64,000 nucleotides of DNA, taken from Candidatus Binatia bacterium. Its GTDB lineage: Bacteria; Desulfobacterota; Binatia; Bin18. Under the pieces are notes generated by a model. That model saw nothing but the letters and a program-made list of their open reading frames with translations, did not search any database and was not told the origin of the DNA. Location of the stretch: NCBI GenBank assembly GCA_963664395.2, contig OY761159.2, positions 352,001 through 416,000 on the forward strand, given 5' to 3'. This document shows positions 27,783 to 37,759 of the stretch, in pieces. Each line of letters begins with the position of its first letter. The stretch's first letter is position 1. Both the position numbers and the translations under genes were made by a program.

Positions 27783-28886
27783 TTAGTCCAGGTTATACAG
27801 CTCGGCCACGTTGTCGTGCAGAATCCAATTCTTCTCCTCTTCCGTGAGATGCGAGGTGTGTTTTTCGAGCAATTCCTGTGACCACGGCCACGTCGAATCG
27901 CTATGCGGGAAGTCGTTGGCCCACATCAGCCGACGAGGGTTGCACATATCTTTCATGCGAAACGCTACCCAGTCATCCTGAAAAGTCGTGTAGATATGCT
28001 CGCTGAAATACTCACTCGGCATCTTTGACAGTTCCTGGCCGGGCTTCAGCCAGTAGCGGTGCCGGTCGTAGGCATGATCCATGCGGTACATATAGTGCGG
28101 CACCCAGCCGGCGTCGGCTTCGACGCACACGATTTTCAGTTTGGGGTTGCGTTCAAAGACGCCTCCCAGAATAAAAGTCCCCATCAAATCCTGATTACCG
28201 CGAATAATGGACAGGAAGCCGTTCAGCTTCGGCCCGCGGGGAGATGAGCCGACCACATCGCTCCGGCTGGTCAGGATATGAAAGCTCAGCGGCATCTGCA
28301 TATCGACGGCAGCCTGCCATAACGGATCATAGAGCGGGTCGTCGTAATCGGACACCTGCGGGTTGCCCGGCATCATCACCCCGCGCAGGCCCAGCTCTTT
28401 TATCTTGCGTATGTCGTCAATGCCCTCATCAACCGAACGCATGGCCGTCTGACCCTGGCCGATAAGTCGATCCGGATGGGCGGAGCAGTATTCCGCGATC
28501 CATTCGTTATAGGCGTCGAAGCAGGCCTTTTTATAGTCAAAGTCGGAGTGATTACACAGCAGCATGCCCACCGTGGGGTAGATCACTTCGGCAGCAACGC
28601 CGTCCCGGTCCTGATCGGCCAGACGCGCTTCCGGGTCCCAGCCGCCACGGTGCAGATCTTCGAACTTCGCACCGAACATGGTGAGTTCTTCGGCCTTCTT
28701 CCCGGCCGCGGCGACCAGGCCCATGGGGACCGGCTGCTTCATGCCGTTGATGACAAAAAGATCGCCCTTCTTGTCATCGTGGACCATGTGCGGCGCAGTA
28801 TCTTTGTACTTCTTATCAATGCGGTCCACATAGGTGCCGGGCGGTTCGGTGATATGCGAGTCAGAAGAAATAATGGGTTTGAGCAT
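27783..28886 (-). CDS. Amidohydrolase family 2 protein
   Basis: SSDSHITE, DGVAAEVIYPT, SFH, VEADAGW, WANDFPHSD. Confidence 0.93.
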   Translation of the reverse strand: MLKPIISSDSHITEPPGTYVDRIDKKYKDTAPHMVHDDKKGDLFVINGMKQPVPMGLVAAAGKKAEELTMFGAKFEDLHRGGWDPEARLADQDRDGVAAEVIYPTVGMLLCNHSDFDYKKACFDAYNEWIAEYCSAHPDRLIGQGQTAMRSVDEGIDDIRKIKELGLRGVMMPGNPQVSDYDDPLYDPLWQAAVDMQMPLSFHILTSRSDVVGSSPRGPKLNGFLSIIRGNQDLMGTFILGGVFERNPKLKIVCVEADAGWVPHYMYRMDHAYDRHRYWLKPGQELSKMPSEYFSEHIYTTFQDDWVAFRMKDMCNPRRLMWANDFPHSDSTWPWSQELLEKHTSHLTEEEKNWILHDNVAELYNLD

Positions 28887-28912
28887 GTATTGCCTCTCCT
28901 TGTTTGGCAGCC

Positions 28913-30031
28913 TTATTTTGCCGAGAACAGCGTCTCCTCAGTCGGCACCGCTTTGTGCGGATTAAAATGCGGAATCACATACTGTCCGATCCGATTAATC
29001 GAGCGCATGATGTTCTTGTGCGGAATCCGACCGGCCTGCTTGAAGAAGATCACCTGGTCCAAGCCGGCCTGATCAAAGGTTTCGAGCTTGCGGTTGACCT
29101 CATCCGGGTTGCCGACCGTGACCATGGGGTGCTCTTTGATCTGCGCGTCGCTCAAATCGTTGGCATCCGCGTCCAGGTCGAACAGACTGCGCAGATATTC
29201 ATACGAGTACAGATTGTTCTTGACCATCAGGGGCTCGAATAACTTGGCCACGTTGTGCAGAAACCAGCGCGCCCCGGCGATCCCGATCGCCTCTTCCTCT
29301 TTGTTCTCGGCCACATGACAGATGGCCACCCCGGCAAACCGCTCGTTAATCACCTTTGATACAACGTCAGTCCGGTCCTGACACTTCTCACGATAGGTCT
29401 GCATGGTCTTCTGCACCTGCTCCCAGTTCAGATTGAAGCTGAGCACGCCCAGGCCGCGGTCGGCAGCCATCTCATAGCTGTCCGGTGCCACGCAGGCCAT
29501 CCACATCGGCGGGTGCGGCTCCTGGATTGGCTTGGGCACGACCCGGCGGGGCGGAATCTGAATGGTTTTACCGTTGTATTCCAGGATTTCGTCGGTCCAG
29601 GCTTTCACAATCACGTCGAGTGCCTCACGCACCTCTTCACGCGTCCGATCATAATCAACCCCAAAGCCGTCCAGCTCCTGGGCCGTGGTTGAGCGGCCCG
29701 TGCCCAGGTCCATCCGGCCATTGCTCAGAATATCCAGCACGGCGGCCTGTTCCGCCACCTTTATGGGATGATTGAAGCGGTGCGGCAGGAGGCGCACGCC
29801 GTGGGCGATACGGATGTTCTTGGTGCGCTGCGAGACCGCACCGTAGAACACTTCGGGGGCCGGGCTGTGGGAGTATTCCTCAAGAAAATGGTGCTCAACC
29901 TCCCACACATAGTCAAAGCCAATCTGGTCGGCCCGTTCTATCTGGGCCAGGGCTTCGTGGTAGACATTGTACTCACTCATTTTGTTCCACGGGCGGGGCG
30001 TTTCCATTTCGTACAGAAGACCGAATTGCAT
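28913..30031 (-). CDS. LLM-class flavin-dependent oxidoreductase
   Basis: WEVEHHF, LDILSNGRMDLGTGR, PKPIQEPHPPMW. Confidence 0.93.
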   Translation of the reverse strand: MQFGLLYEMETPRPWNKMSEYNVYHEALAQIERADQIGFDYVWEVEHHFLEEYSHSPAPEVFYGAVSQRTKNIRIAHGVRLLPHRFNHPIKVAEQAAVLDILSNGRMDLGTGRSTTAQELDGFGVDYDRTREEVREALDVIVKAWTDEILEYNGKTIQIPPRRVVPKPIQEPHPPMWMACVAPDSYEMAADRGLGVLSFNLNWEQVQKTMQTYREKCQDRTDVVSKVINERFAGVAICHVAENKEEEAIGIAGARWFLHNVAKLFEPLMVKNNLYSYEYLRSLFDLDADANDLSDAQIKEHPMVTVGNPDEVNRKLETFDQAGLDQVIFFKQAGRIPHKNIMRSINRIGQYVIPHFNPHKAVPTEETLFSAK

Positions 30032-30090
30032 AGCGTGCTCCTTTTTTGCTGGTCGTTCGTTTCTTTCCCTATACAGACGAGCGCGTCGGA

Positions 30091-31245
30091 TCAGGACAAT
30101 CCATACACGCCGGCCACATTCTCACCTAAAACTTTACGCCGGCTCTCTTCAGACAGCGGCGCCACCATATTCGTCAGGTTTTTAATATAGTCGCAGGTAT
30201 GATCGTCGTGAGGAAAATCGCTCGCCCAGAAGAATTTGTCCGCGCCGATATACTCAATCAGGTAGGGCAAGGCGCGTTCATCCGGGTCGGCCGATATCCA
30301 ACACTGACGCTGGAAGTAATAGCTCGGGACTTCTTTGAGCGGGACACTTCTGCCGAGTGCGGTCTTATACGCCGCGTCCATGCGGTCAAGCAGGTGGCCG
30401 ATCCAGCCCGCCCCGGATTCGAGCACCACAACCTTTACCGTGGGGAAACGGTCGAACAGGCCGTATTGGAACAGACCCAAAAAGGCCTGCTGGGGACCCT
30501 GGCCACCCAACATATCCACCCACCATTCGCCCCATTTGTACATTTCTCGAAAGCGTTGGTAGACGCGCCGGTTCGGCGGTTCGGCCACGGGATGAATCCC
30601 GATCGGAACCCCCAGGTCCTGGGCCGTGGCCCAGAACGGGTCGTGGTCCGTATGCGCGTGGGCTTTGTCGGTCAGCGTATAGGGTGAGATAAAAGCGCCC
30701 TTGGCTCCGGCCTTGACCGCCCGCTCCAGTTCCTGGGCGGCGGCTTCACCGGAAGTGAGACAGATATGGGCGATCGGAATCAGCCGGCCACCGGAATCAG
30801 AACAAAAATCGACGATCCAGCGGTTATAGGCGCGGGTATATGCCTGGGCCAGATCGTGCTCGGTGACTTCGGCTTCCCACTCCAGGCAGATCGTCGGATA
30901 GATCAGCGCCTTGGTCAGGTTTTCCTGATCGAGCAGGGCCAGACGTTCTTGGGGATCGTTCCCCCCAAAGGGGACACCTTTGGTGTAGCCCTGTTGCTTA
31001 ATGCCACTGCGCTCTTCAAACGTACTGCCCATACTGGTGCCGCGGGCCAGGATTTCCGCGCCAAAATAGCGCGAGCGTTGGCCGTTCAGTTCCAGATGGT
31101 CGAGGCCGTCCGGGCCGGGCCGAATTCGGATTGCCCGATCGCGATATTCCGGGTCAATATACCGTTCCCACAAATCGGCGGGTTCATTAATATGGCCATC
31201 GGCATCAATGGCCCCTGCATACGGTAGCCGCGAGGTTTGAAACAC
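30091..31245 (-). CDS. Amidohydrolase family 2 protein
   Basis: IDADGHINE, IYPT, IGIH, LESGAGW, WASDFPH. Confidence 0.92.
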   Translation of the reverse strand: MFQTSRLPYAGAIDADGHINEPADLWERYIDPEYRDRAIRIRPGPDGLDHLELNGQRSRYFGAEILARGTSMGSTFEERSGIKQQGYTKGVPFGGNDPQERLALLDQENLTKALIYPTICLEWEAEVTEHDLAQAYTRAYNRWIVDFCSDSGGRLIPIAHICLTSGEAAAQELERAVKAGAKGAFISPYTLTDKAHAHTDHDPFWATAQDLGVPIGIHPVAEPPNRRVYQRFREMYKWGEWWVDMLGGQGPQQAFLGLFQYGLFDRFPTVKVVVLESGAGWIGHLLDRMDAAYKTALGRSVPLKEVPSYYFQRQCWISADPDERALPYLIEYIGADKFFWASDFPHDDHTCDYIKNLTNMVAPLSEESRRKVLGENVAGVYGLS

Positions 31246-31330
31246 CTTCCCTCCTCCGTCAATGCGCCTGTGCGTATTGGAAACTCCCGTTCGTATGAGG
31301 CGTTATTGTTACCGTGCCCCTCCGGGGGTG

Positions 31331-31873
31331 TCAATCCGAAGCAGGACCGGCGTTGTGAAAAAAGTCCAGCACCTGTCCGGCCAACTCGTCCGCCCGCGTA
31401 TCCAACTCGTCTTCTGTCAGATTGGCGATGGGGTGGCCAGTCACCAGGAACCGGTAGTCCTTGACTCCCCAACTGGCTGCCATGGCGCGGCCAGTTGCAA
31501 TAAAGGGTGTGGTCACGATGGACGCGGTCGGGATACCGGCGCGCTCCAATTTCAGTCCGTCGAGCACACTGCTCGAACTGCACGACCCTCAGTCGCCCAC
31601 GCCGGCCAGCGCAATATCGACCTGTTGCTGAAACAGTGCAATCGTTTCCTGGCTGACGGCATGGCCGGATGACAGCTTGCGATTCAAGGACACCAGGCGC
31701 ATGCCGTGCTCCTGCTCCAGGCGCTCAGCCACCTTGCACAGCAACTCCTTGGAATTGAACTTGGTATTTTCAACCAGTCCGACCCGCAGCCCCCGAAACG
31801 AGCCGGGTCGCGGCGCATACGCAAACTCCTGCGTTTCCAAGGGCAGAGTCGGATCAAAAACCGTACGACGCAT
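31331..31873 (-). CDS. UGSC-family selenoprotein (Sec at in-frame TGA 31589-31591, 180 aa)
   Basis: ORFs 31589..31873 and 31331..31567 are in frame; junction reads GVGD-TGA-GSCSSSSVLDG (UxxC, UGSC motif); SECIS-like hairpin follows. Confidence 0.88.
31553..31580 (-). promoter_or_regulatory. Bacterial SECIS-like stem-loop
   Basis: CAGT-TCGAGCA-GTG-TGCTCGA-cgg-ACTG; apical G is 20 nt downstream of the UGA. Confidence 0.7.
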
Positions 31874-31898
31874 TCGTCTTCCTCCTTTATCGTCTCGT

Positions 31899-32933
31899 CT
31901 ACACCCTCACCAGTTCGGTCACGCTGCGCGTCCATTTATTCCCCCAGCCGGGTAAACAGGCTGACCAGCTCCCGCCTTGGGCCCCCGCGCAGACAATCAA
32001 CACATCGTCGGGATCGCGCATCACATAGCGCCAGGTCGTTTCATCTTCGGGACGAATCTCACCGGGCAACCGCCCGGCCCTTTTGAAATCGGCCACCCTC
32101 CGCCGCGCCTGTTGAATCACCCCCTCCTGGACCTGCCGCCGACTCCAGCCACTCTGTTTTATGATTGCAGCATGCTCGCCGGCGAGCACCAGCAGGCTTT
32201 GATTAAACCCATACACGTTTGGTGAGGCGAGATTACACACGGCATCGGCAAATTCCAGCAGCAGGGGTTCGGGCGTACTGGCAAGCTGATTATACACACC
32301 CATGAGCGTATTGGACGCATACAAGGTCACCGTACTGTCCTCGGGTTGAAAGCCGCGTTCAACGTGCAGCGGCTTCCAGGGATGGTTATCTTCGTTCTCG
32401 GCAAAACAGAACGCATATTTCCCCGGTGAGCCCAAGGTAGCCTTGTCCAGCAAACCAGGGCGGGTATTGAGCACGTTGAGCATGACTAGGCGCAGCGCCC
32501 GGCCGATGGTCGCATTGGGACGAAATCCCGGCCCGAAGGCGTTATGGCTTGCGTTGATCCCGAGCGCGGGACCAATCGGACCATTCACAATCAGTGTGAT
32601 CGCCGACCCGCCGGTGCTGGTTGCCGGATTATGATAATGAAACTCGGGCCGGCACAGACCCCGCACCACCGCCAGCACAACGGGGAAATACTCGGGTAAA
32701 CAGCCGGCCATCACCGCATTGATAGCCACCTTCTCAGCCGGGATAGTCACATTGCGTTCTGGAATAGTCCCCAGACTTTCGTCCGCTCTGACCTGTCCGG
32801 CCTCCAGCATCGCCTGAACCGACTCTTCGGTCGGCGGGACGAGCGGCAAGCCGTCACTCCAGCCCTGCTGGTAATAGAACTCAACCCAGGCCGCGGCTTC
32901 GGCCGGATCGGTTGGGGGTATGTGTGTGCCCAT
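31899..32933 (-). CDS. UGSC-associated hypothetical protein
   Basis: WSDGLPLVPPT, AINAVMAGC, NATIGRA, CFAENE motifs of the family usually next to or fused with UGSC domains. Confidence 0.85.
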   Translation of the reverse strand: MGTHIPPTDPAEAAAWVEFYYQQGWSDGLPLVPPTEESVQAMLEAGQVRADESLGTIPERNVTIPAEKVAINAVMAGCLPEYFPVVLAVVRGLCRPEFHYHNPATSTGGSAITLIVNGPIGPALGINASHNAFGPGFRPNATIGRALRLVMLNVLNTRPGLLDKATLGSPGKYAFCFAENEDNHPWKPLHVERGFQPEDSTVTLYASNTLMGVYNQLASTPEPLLLEFADAVCNLASPNVYGFNQSLLVLAGEHAAIIKQSGWSRRQVQEGVIQQARRRVADFKRAGRLPGEIRPEDETTWRYVMRDPDDVLIVCAGAQGGSWSACLPGWGNKWTRSVTELVRV

Positions 32934-32970
32934 ACGTCCTCAGACACTTCATAATCTCATAGCATAAGCA

Positions 32971-32998
32971 TTGCACGAGAGTCAGGAGCCAGTACAAT
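32971..32998 (+). promoter_or_regulatory. Possible sigma70 promoter of the TA pair
   Basis: TTGCAC-N16-TACAAT upstream of the DUF433 gene. Confidence 0.35.
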
Positions 32999-33045
32999 AA
33001 CAACAATATACGGAGAGCCTTGGAACATGTTTTTGGGAGACAGGC

Positions 33046-33297
33046 ATGAATGAGGCAAAGCTGCTCGAACGCATTTCTATCAATCCAAAAATCTTCGGCG
33101 GTAAGCCTATTGTCCGAGGGCGCAGGCTCGCGGTCGAACATGTTCTTGGGATGCTGGCGGCGGGAGATACAGCCGATACCATACTTTCAGGCTATGCTTG
33201 GCTTGAGCCGGAAGATATCCAGGCTTGCCTCCTCTACGCGCGGCAGCTCGTTGGTCATGAACGTGTCGAGCCATTCTTTATTAAGCCCCCCGCATGA
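33046..33297 (+). CDS. DUF433-domain antitoxin
   Basis: RISINPKIFGGKPIVRGRRLAVEHVL..YAWLEPEDIQACLLYA. Confidence 0.92.
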   Translation: MNEAKLLERISINPKIFGGKPIVRGRRLAVEHVLGMLAAGDTADTILSGYAWLEPEDIQACLLYARQLVGHERVEPFFIKPPA

Positions 33298-33659
33298 GGC
33301 TCCTGCTTGATAGCTGTGTCTGGGGCGGAGTCCGCCAGGATATAAGAGCCGCTGGCCATGATGTCCTGTGGGCGGGCGAGTGGGATGAGGACCCCGGCGA
33401 TGAAGAAATTCTCAGTAGAGCTTTCCGTGACAGTCGTATCCTCGTGACCTTAGATAAGGACTTTGGCGAACTTGTTATCGTCCGCGGCCAGCGCCATGCA
33501 GGCATTCTTCGCCTCGTCAATCTCTCAGCACGTCAACAAGCAGCTGCCTGCATTCAAGTCCTCAGCACGCATGGTACGGATTTGGAAGCTGGAACGATCA
33601 TTACCGCCGAGCCCGGCAGATTACGCATTCGCCCGGCGTCGTTGTTACCCTCTTCATAG
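33294..33659 (+). CDS. DUF5615-family PIN-like toxin
   Basis: MRLLLDSC, GHDV, GDEEIL, LVTLDKDFGEL, HAGILRL; ATGA overlap with DUF433. Confidence 0.92.
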   Translation: MRLLLDSCVWGGVRQDIRAAGHDVLWAGEWDEDPGDEEILSRAFRDSRILVTLDKDFGELVIVRGQRHAGILRLVNLSARQQAAACIQVLSTHGTDLEAGTIITAEPGRLRIRPASLLPSS

Positions 33660-33856
33660 GTTGCCTTGATCCTCCAGGGCTAAACGTACGCACTTTACCG
33701 CCCGGATATGCCCTCGTCATGCCGGGCTCGACCCGATATCTCTCGCCTTGCCCTGCCTTGTGGCATGATCCAAGTGAGTAAAGCCAAAGAGACCCAGCAG
33801 CTTCCAGAAGAGTATGGTATGGGAAGAGAAAAGTGCCAGCCTGAAAGGACTATCCC

Positions 33857-34894
33857 ATGCCACACCGCTTTATGACCTTGCGCGAAATTCGACGCGCCGC
33901 AAAAACCATACTGCCGCCCGGGCCGTGGGCGTTTGGCGCTGGAGGCGCGGAAACGGAAACCACGCGCCGCCGCAACCGCCGGGCACTGAAGCGCCTGGCC
34001 ATCCGCCAGCGGGTGCTGCGCGATGTCCGCCATATCGATATCAGCACGACCTTCCTCGGGCTCGAACTGCCCAGCCCCTTTGCCATCGCGCCGATGGGCA
34101 GTCTGGTGCTCTTTCATCCGGAAGGTGACCTCGAGATGGTGCGTGGCGCAAGTCCCAGCCGCAACCTCGCCTTCGTGAGTGGTGTCACCGGATGGTCGGT
34201 CGAAGACCTGGCCCAGACAGCACGTGGCCCCTTGATATATCAGCTCTACTGGAGCGGCCCGCGGCCCTGGTGTCAGGACCTGCTCGCCCGGGTGGAAGCC
34301 TCAGGCTATCACGCCGTATGCCTCACCGTTGACGTGCAGACCTATAGTCGGCGCGAACGGGATGTTGAGCTGCGTTTTGATCCGCAGAGTGCTCGGTCAC
34401 TCACCCCCAACGAACAGCCGCCGGAGTTCGACTATCAGACCCGCCTCACCTGGGATGATGTGGCTTGGCTCAAGAGCATTCTGTCGGTTCCGCTTGGATT
34501 AAAAGGCATTCTCACCCCGGAAGATGCAAAGCGTGCCGTCGAGGCCGGAGTCGAGATCATTTGGGTCTCGAATCACGGCGGGCGTCAGCTCGATTCTACC
34601 CTGGCGACGATTGATGCCTTACCGGAAATCGTGGAAGCCGTTGATGGGAAGGCCCAGATCGTGATTGACGGCGGCTTTCGGCGGGGCACGGATATTATTA
34701 AAGCCCTGGCGTTAGGAGCGAACCTGGTTGCTCTGGGTCGGCCCATGCTCTGGGGTCTGGCCGCGGATGGCGCAGCCGGCGTGCATCGGACAATCGAATT
34801 ATTCCGCGACGAATTGGAAACAAATTTAGCCCTGTGTGGGCAAATCAGTGTGCGTAATCTGGAGCCGAATCTGATTCGGAAGGTGGATTATTGA
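33857..34894 (+). CDS. FMN-dependent alpha-hydroxy-acid oxidase/dehydrogenase family protein
   Basis: IAPMG, LTVD, LKGI, VSNHGGRQLD, IDGGFRRGTD, GRP. Confidence 0.93.
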   Translation: MPHRFMTLREIRRAAKTILPPGPWAFGAGGAETETTRRRNRRALKRLAIRQRVLRDVRHIDISTTFLGLELPSPFAIAPMGSLVLFHPEGDLEMVRGASPSRNLAFVSGVTGWSVEDLAQTARGPLIYQLYWSGPRPWCQDLLARVEASGYHAVCLTVDVQTYSRRERDVELRFDPQSARSLTPNEQPPEFDYQTRLTWDDVAWLKSILSVPLGLKGILTPEDAKRAVEAGVEIIWVSNHGGRQLDSTLATIDALPEIVEAVDGKAQIVIDGGFRRGTDIIKALALGANLVALGRPMLWGLAADGAAGVHRTIELFRDELETNLALCGQISVRNLEPNLIRKVDY

Positions 34895-34927
34895 GTACGC
34901 CTCTTCAAGCGAAAAGAGACCCACAGT

Positions 34928-35287
34928 ATGGTTGAATCAGTTGAATCACAGGTTGAGCACCTCAACCACACATACGCCGCCCTTGCCGACCCCACGCGGC
35001 GGGCCATTCTCATGATCCTCATGCGGTCTGAGGCGCGCGTGACAGAATTGGCCGAGCCCTTTGACATGTCGCTGAATGCAGTCTCAAAACATGTGCGCGT
35101 GTTAGAGCGGGCACACTTGATACGCCGTGCGATCAGAGGCCGCGACCATTATCTGTCGGTCAATATCGAACCGCTGCGTGAGGCCGCCGAGTGGCTTGAG
35201 ACCTATCAACACTTCTGGGACAAGCGCGTTGCTGCGCTCGAAACGTTTCTCGGCAATAATCGCGCGCAACCGAAACGGAGAGAGTAG
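34928..35287 (+). CDS. ArsR/SmtB-family transcriptional regulator
   Basis: ALADPTRRAIL, VTELAEPFDMSLNAVSKHVRVLERA, FWD. Confidence 0.92.
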   Translation: MVESVESQVEHLNHTYAALADPTRRAILMILMRSEARVTELAEPFDMSLNAVSKHVRVLERAHLIRRAIRGRDHYLSVNIEPLREAAEWLETYQHFWDKRVAALETFLGNNRAQPKRRE

Positions 35288-35300
35288 GCTAGGAGGACAT

Positions 35301-36380
35301 ATGCAGTTTGGTATTATCTTTCCCACCCGCATCGATGACTGGCAACTGGTGAAAGACGCCGAGGACCTGGGCTATGACCGCGCCTGGGTACCGGACTCCC
35401 AGATGATCTGGTCGGACTGCTATGCCACCCTCGCTCTGGCTGCGCACAATACTTCGCGGATTCATATTGGCAGTGGGGTCTCGATTCCCGGCAGCCGTAT
35501 CGCTCCGGTCACGGCCCATTCCATTGCCTCGATTAATCAGATTGCACCGGGCCGCGTGTTCCTCGGCATCGGGACCGGGCATACTGCCATGCGCGTCATG
35601 GGCATGCGACCCATGCGGATCAAACCCTTCCGCGAGTATCTGCGCATTGTGCGCACGCTCCTGCGCGGGGAAGAGGTTGACTACACATTTGGTGACACCA
35701 CGCGCACGATTCGTTTTCTCCACCAGGACCTCCGTTTTATTAATCTGGAAGATCCCATCCCGATTTATGTTGCCGCCAACGGACCACGGGCGCTCAGCAT
35801 CACGGGTGAATTCGGGGATGGCGTCACGACCCTGCTCTACGAAGATACCAGCGTCCTGAGGGGTCACTTGCAGTTGATCCGGTCAGGAGCGGCCAAAACT
35901 GGACGCAGCCTGCCCGACCCCTTTCATGTTTCCGCCGTCACCTCTGCCGTTATCCTGCATCCGGGCGAAACACTGGCATCAGACCGGGTCGTCGATGCCT
36001 GCGGAGCCTGGGTCACCACGGCGCTCCATTTTGTGTATGAGGTCTATCAACTGACCAAGAATGAGGAGGTCATTCCGCCTGCGTTTGCAGACACCTGGGA
36101 AGAGTACTGCGCCTATGTCGATCAGATGCAGACCCCAGCCGACAAACGCTATCTCCAGCTCCACGACGGCCACAGCACCTATCTGGTGCCGGCCGAACGG
36201 CGCTTTGTGACGCCCAAGGCGATTCAGGGCACGAGTCTGGTGGGCACGCCGGAGGAGATTATCGAACGCATCCGCACGGCAGAAAAAGCGGGCATGCGCG
36301 AGCTGACCGTCCTGCCTCCGACCGAGACAAACCGGGAGATGCTGACGGAGTTTGCCGAGCTGGTGATGCGCAAGTATTGA
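35301..36380 (+). CDS. LLM-class (Mer-like) oxidoreductase
   Basis: AWVPDSQ, GRVFLGIGTG, IYVAANGP; start placed at ATG 35301 behind AGGAGG. Confidence 0.9.
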   Translation: MQFGIIFPTRIDDWQLVKDAEDLGYDRAWVPDSQMIWSDCYATLALAAHNTSRIHIGSGVSIPGSRIAPVTAHSIASINQIAPGRVFLGIGTGHTAMRVMGMRPMRIKPFREYLRIVRTLLRGEEVDYTFGDTTRTIRFLHQDLRFINLEDPIPIYVAANGPRALSITGEFGDGVTTLLYEDTSVLRGHLQLIRSGAAKTGRSLPDPFHVSAVTSAVILHPGETLASDRVVDACGAWVTTALHFVYEVYQLTKNEEVIPPAFADTWEEYCAYVDQMQTPADKRYLQLHDGHSTYLVPAERRFVTPKAIQGTSLVGTPEEIIERIRTAEKAGMRELTVLPPTETNREMLTEFAELVMRKY

Positions 36381-36408
36381 TACTATCATGCGTGGGGAGC
36401 ACGATGGT

Positions 36409-37551
36409 CTAGCCCTCAAGCTGCTCATTCAATTTGGCAATGGCTTCGACATAGCCCTCAACCATTTCCCGCACGACGTCGCGGGTGGCCCGCACGCTGT
36501 TTTGCGTGCCGATGCCCTGTCCGGCGGGATAGGAATACAACTGATACGCGCCGGACTCCGGGGTGATGCCAGGGGCCTTCATGGCGTGGTCGATACGGCG
36601 CAGAGAATGATAATTCAGGACGCTTTGGAGGGGGGTTTTGAGGGGGTCCGGGGTGTCGGGCCGGTCCCATGCTTCGGTCCATTCGGAACGTAAAAAACGG
36701 GCGTGCTTGCCCGTCATAGACCTGGTCCGCACCGTGTCATCCGTCCCCGCGACCAGCATCTTTTGCTTGGCCATCCGGTCCAACTCGGACTCAGCCGTCG
36801 TCAACCAGACTGAACCGCACCACACGCCTTGAGCGCCAAGTGCCAGGGCCGCGGCCATCTGACGCCCATTGCCTATGCCACCGGCGCCGAGCACCGGAGT
36901 CGGGGCAACCGCATCAACAATCTCCGGGATCAGCACCATGCCGCCAATCTCTCCAGTGTGCCCCCCGGCTTCGTAGGACTGGGCAATAATCACATCCACA
37001 CCGGCTGCTTTATGGCGCTCAGCGTGCTTTTTCTTTCCGGCCAAGGCGCCGACGTAGAGATCGCGCGCATGAGCCGCCTCAGTGACCCAATCCGGCGGCG
37101 TTCCGAGCGCGCTCACCAGAAACCTGGCCTTGTGGGCAAAGGCAATATCCACGATACCTTTGGCCTGTTTCTGGGAATAGCGTAAGCCACGCTCCTTTTT
37201 GGAGGCGGTCAGATGGTCCGGCAACTCGGGCACCCCGGCGTCCTCAAGCATTTTCTCCACGAACTGCCGATGCTCGTCCGGGATACAATCCCGGAGCGAC
37301 TTTTGATCCATCCCGCCGGTTGAAGCGCCAACGTAGTTTGACGGCATCATCAGATCCACGCCATACGGGACGGCGCCGAGCTGATCGTCAATCCATTGCA
37401 GATCAATTTCCAAGCGTTCATCCGTGTGAATCGCTGCCCCCAGCACGCCGAGTCCACCAGCCTTACTGACTGCGACAACAACGTCGCGGCAGTGCGTGAA
37501 GGCAAAAATAGGATATTCAATACCGAACATTTCAGTGAGCGCTTGTGTCAT
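36409..37551 (-). CDS. Nitronate monooxygenase/FabK-like flavoprotein
   Basis: AVSKAGGLGVLG, EAGGHTG, AGGIGNG, LGAQGVWCGS. Confidence 0.9.
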   Translation of the reverse strand: MTQALTEMFGIEYPIFAFTHCRDVVVAVSKAGGLGVLGAAIHTDERLEIDLQWIDDQLGAVPYGVDLMMPSNYVGASTGGMDQKSLRDCIPDEHRQFVEKMLEDAGVPELPDHLTASKKERGLRYSQKQAKGIVDIAFAHKARFLVSALGTPPDWVTEAAHARDLYVGALAGKKKHAERHKAAGVDVIIAQSYEAGGHTGEIGGMVLIPEIVDAVAPTPVLGAGGIGNGRQMAAALALGAQGVWCGSVWLTTAESELDRMAKQKMLVAGTDDTVRTRSMTGKHARFLRSEWTEAWDRPDTPDPLKTPLQSVLNYHSLRRIDHAMKAPGITPESGAYQLYSYPAGQGIGTQNSVRATRDVVREMVEGYVEAIAKLNEQLEG

Positions 37552-37759
37552 ACTGTCTCCTCAATCTTTTTTCGCCCGTATAAAACCACGCTTGAGACAA
37601 AGAGGCCACAACCTCTCAAGGCCGTGTATGGCCGGGCTCAGGCCGGCATACCGCATTGACAGCGCAAACCTCACGGCGCTAGGCTTCGGCAAAACAGGAA
37701 ACAGTGGTCCGGCCGGTCAGGATAACCGGTCCGCGACCAAGACAAAGGAAGACCTGAGC

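Noticed and set aside
31589-31591. Nonsense mutation or two separate small genes
   Set aside because: The TGA falls exactly in the UGSC motif with a SECIS-like hairpin behind it, so selenocysteine is the better explanation.
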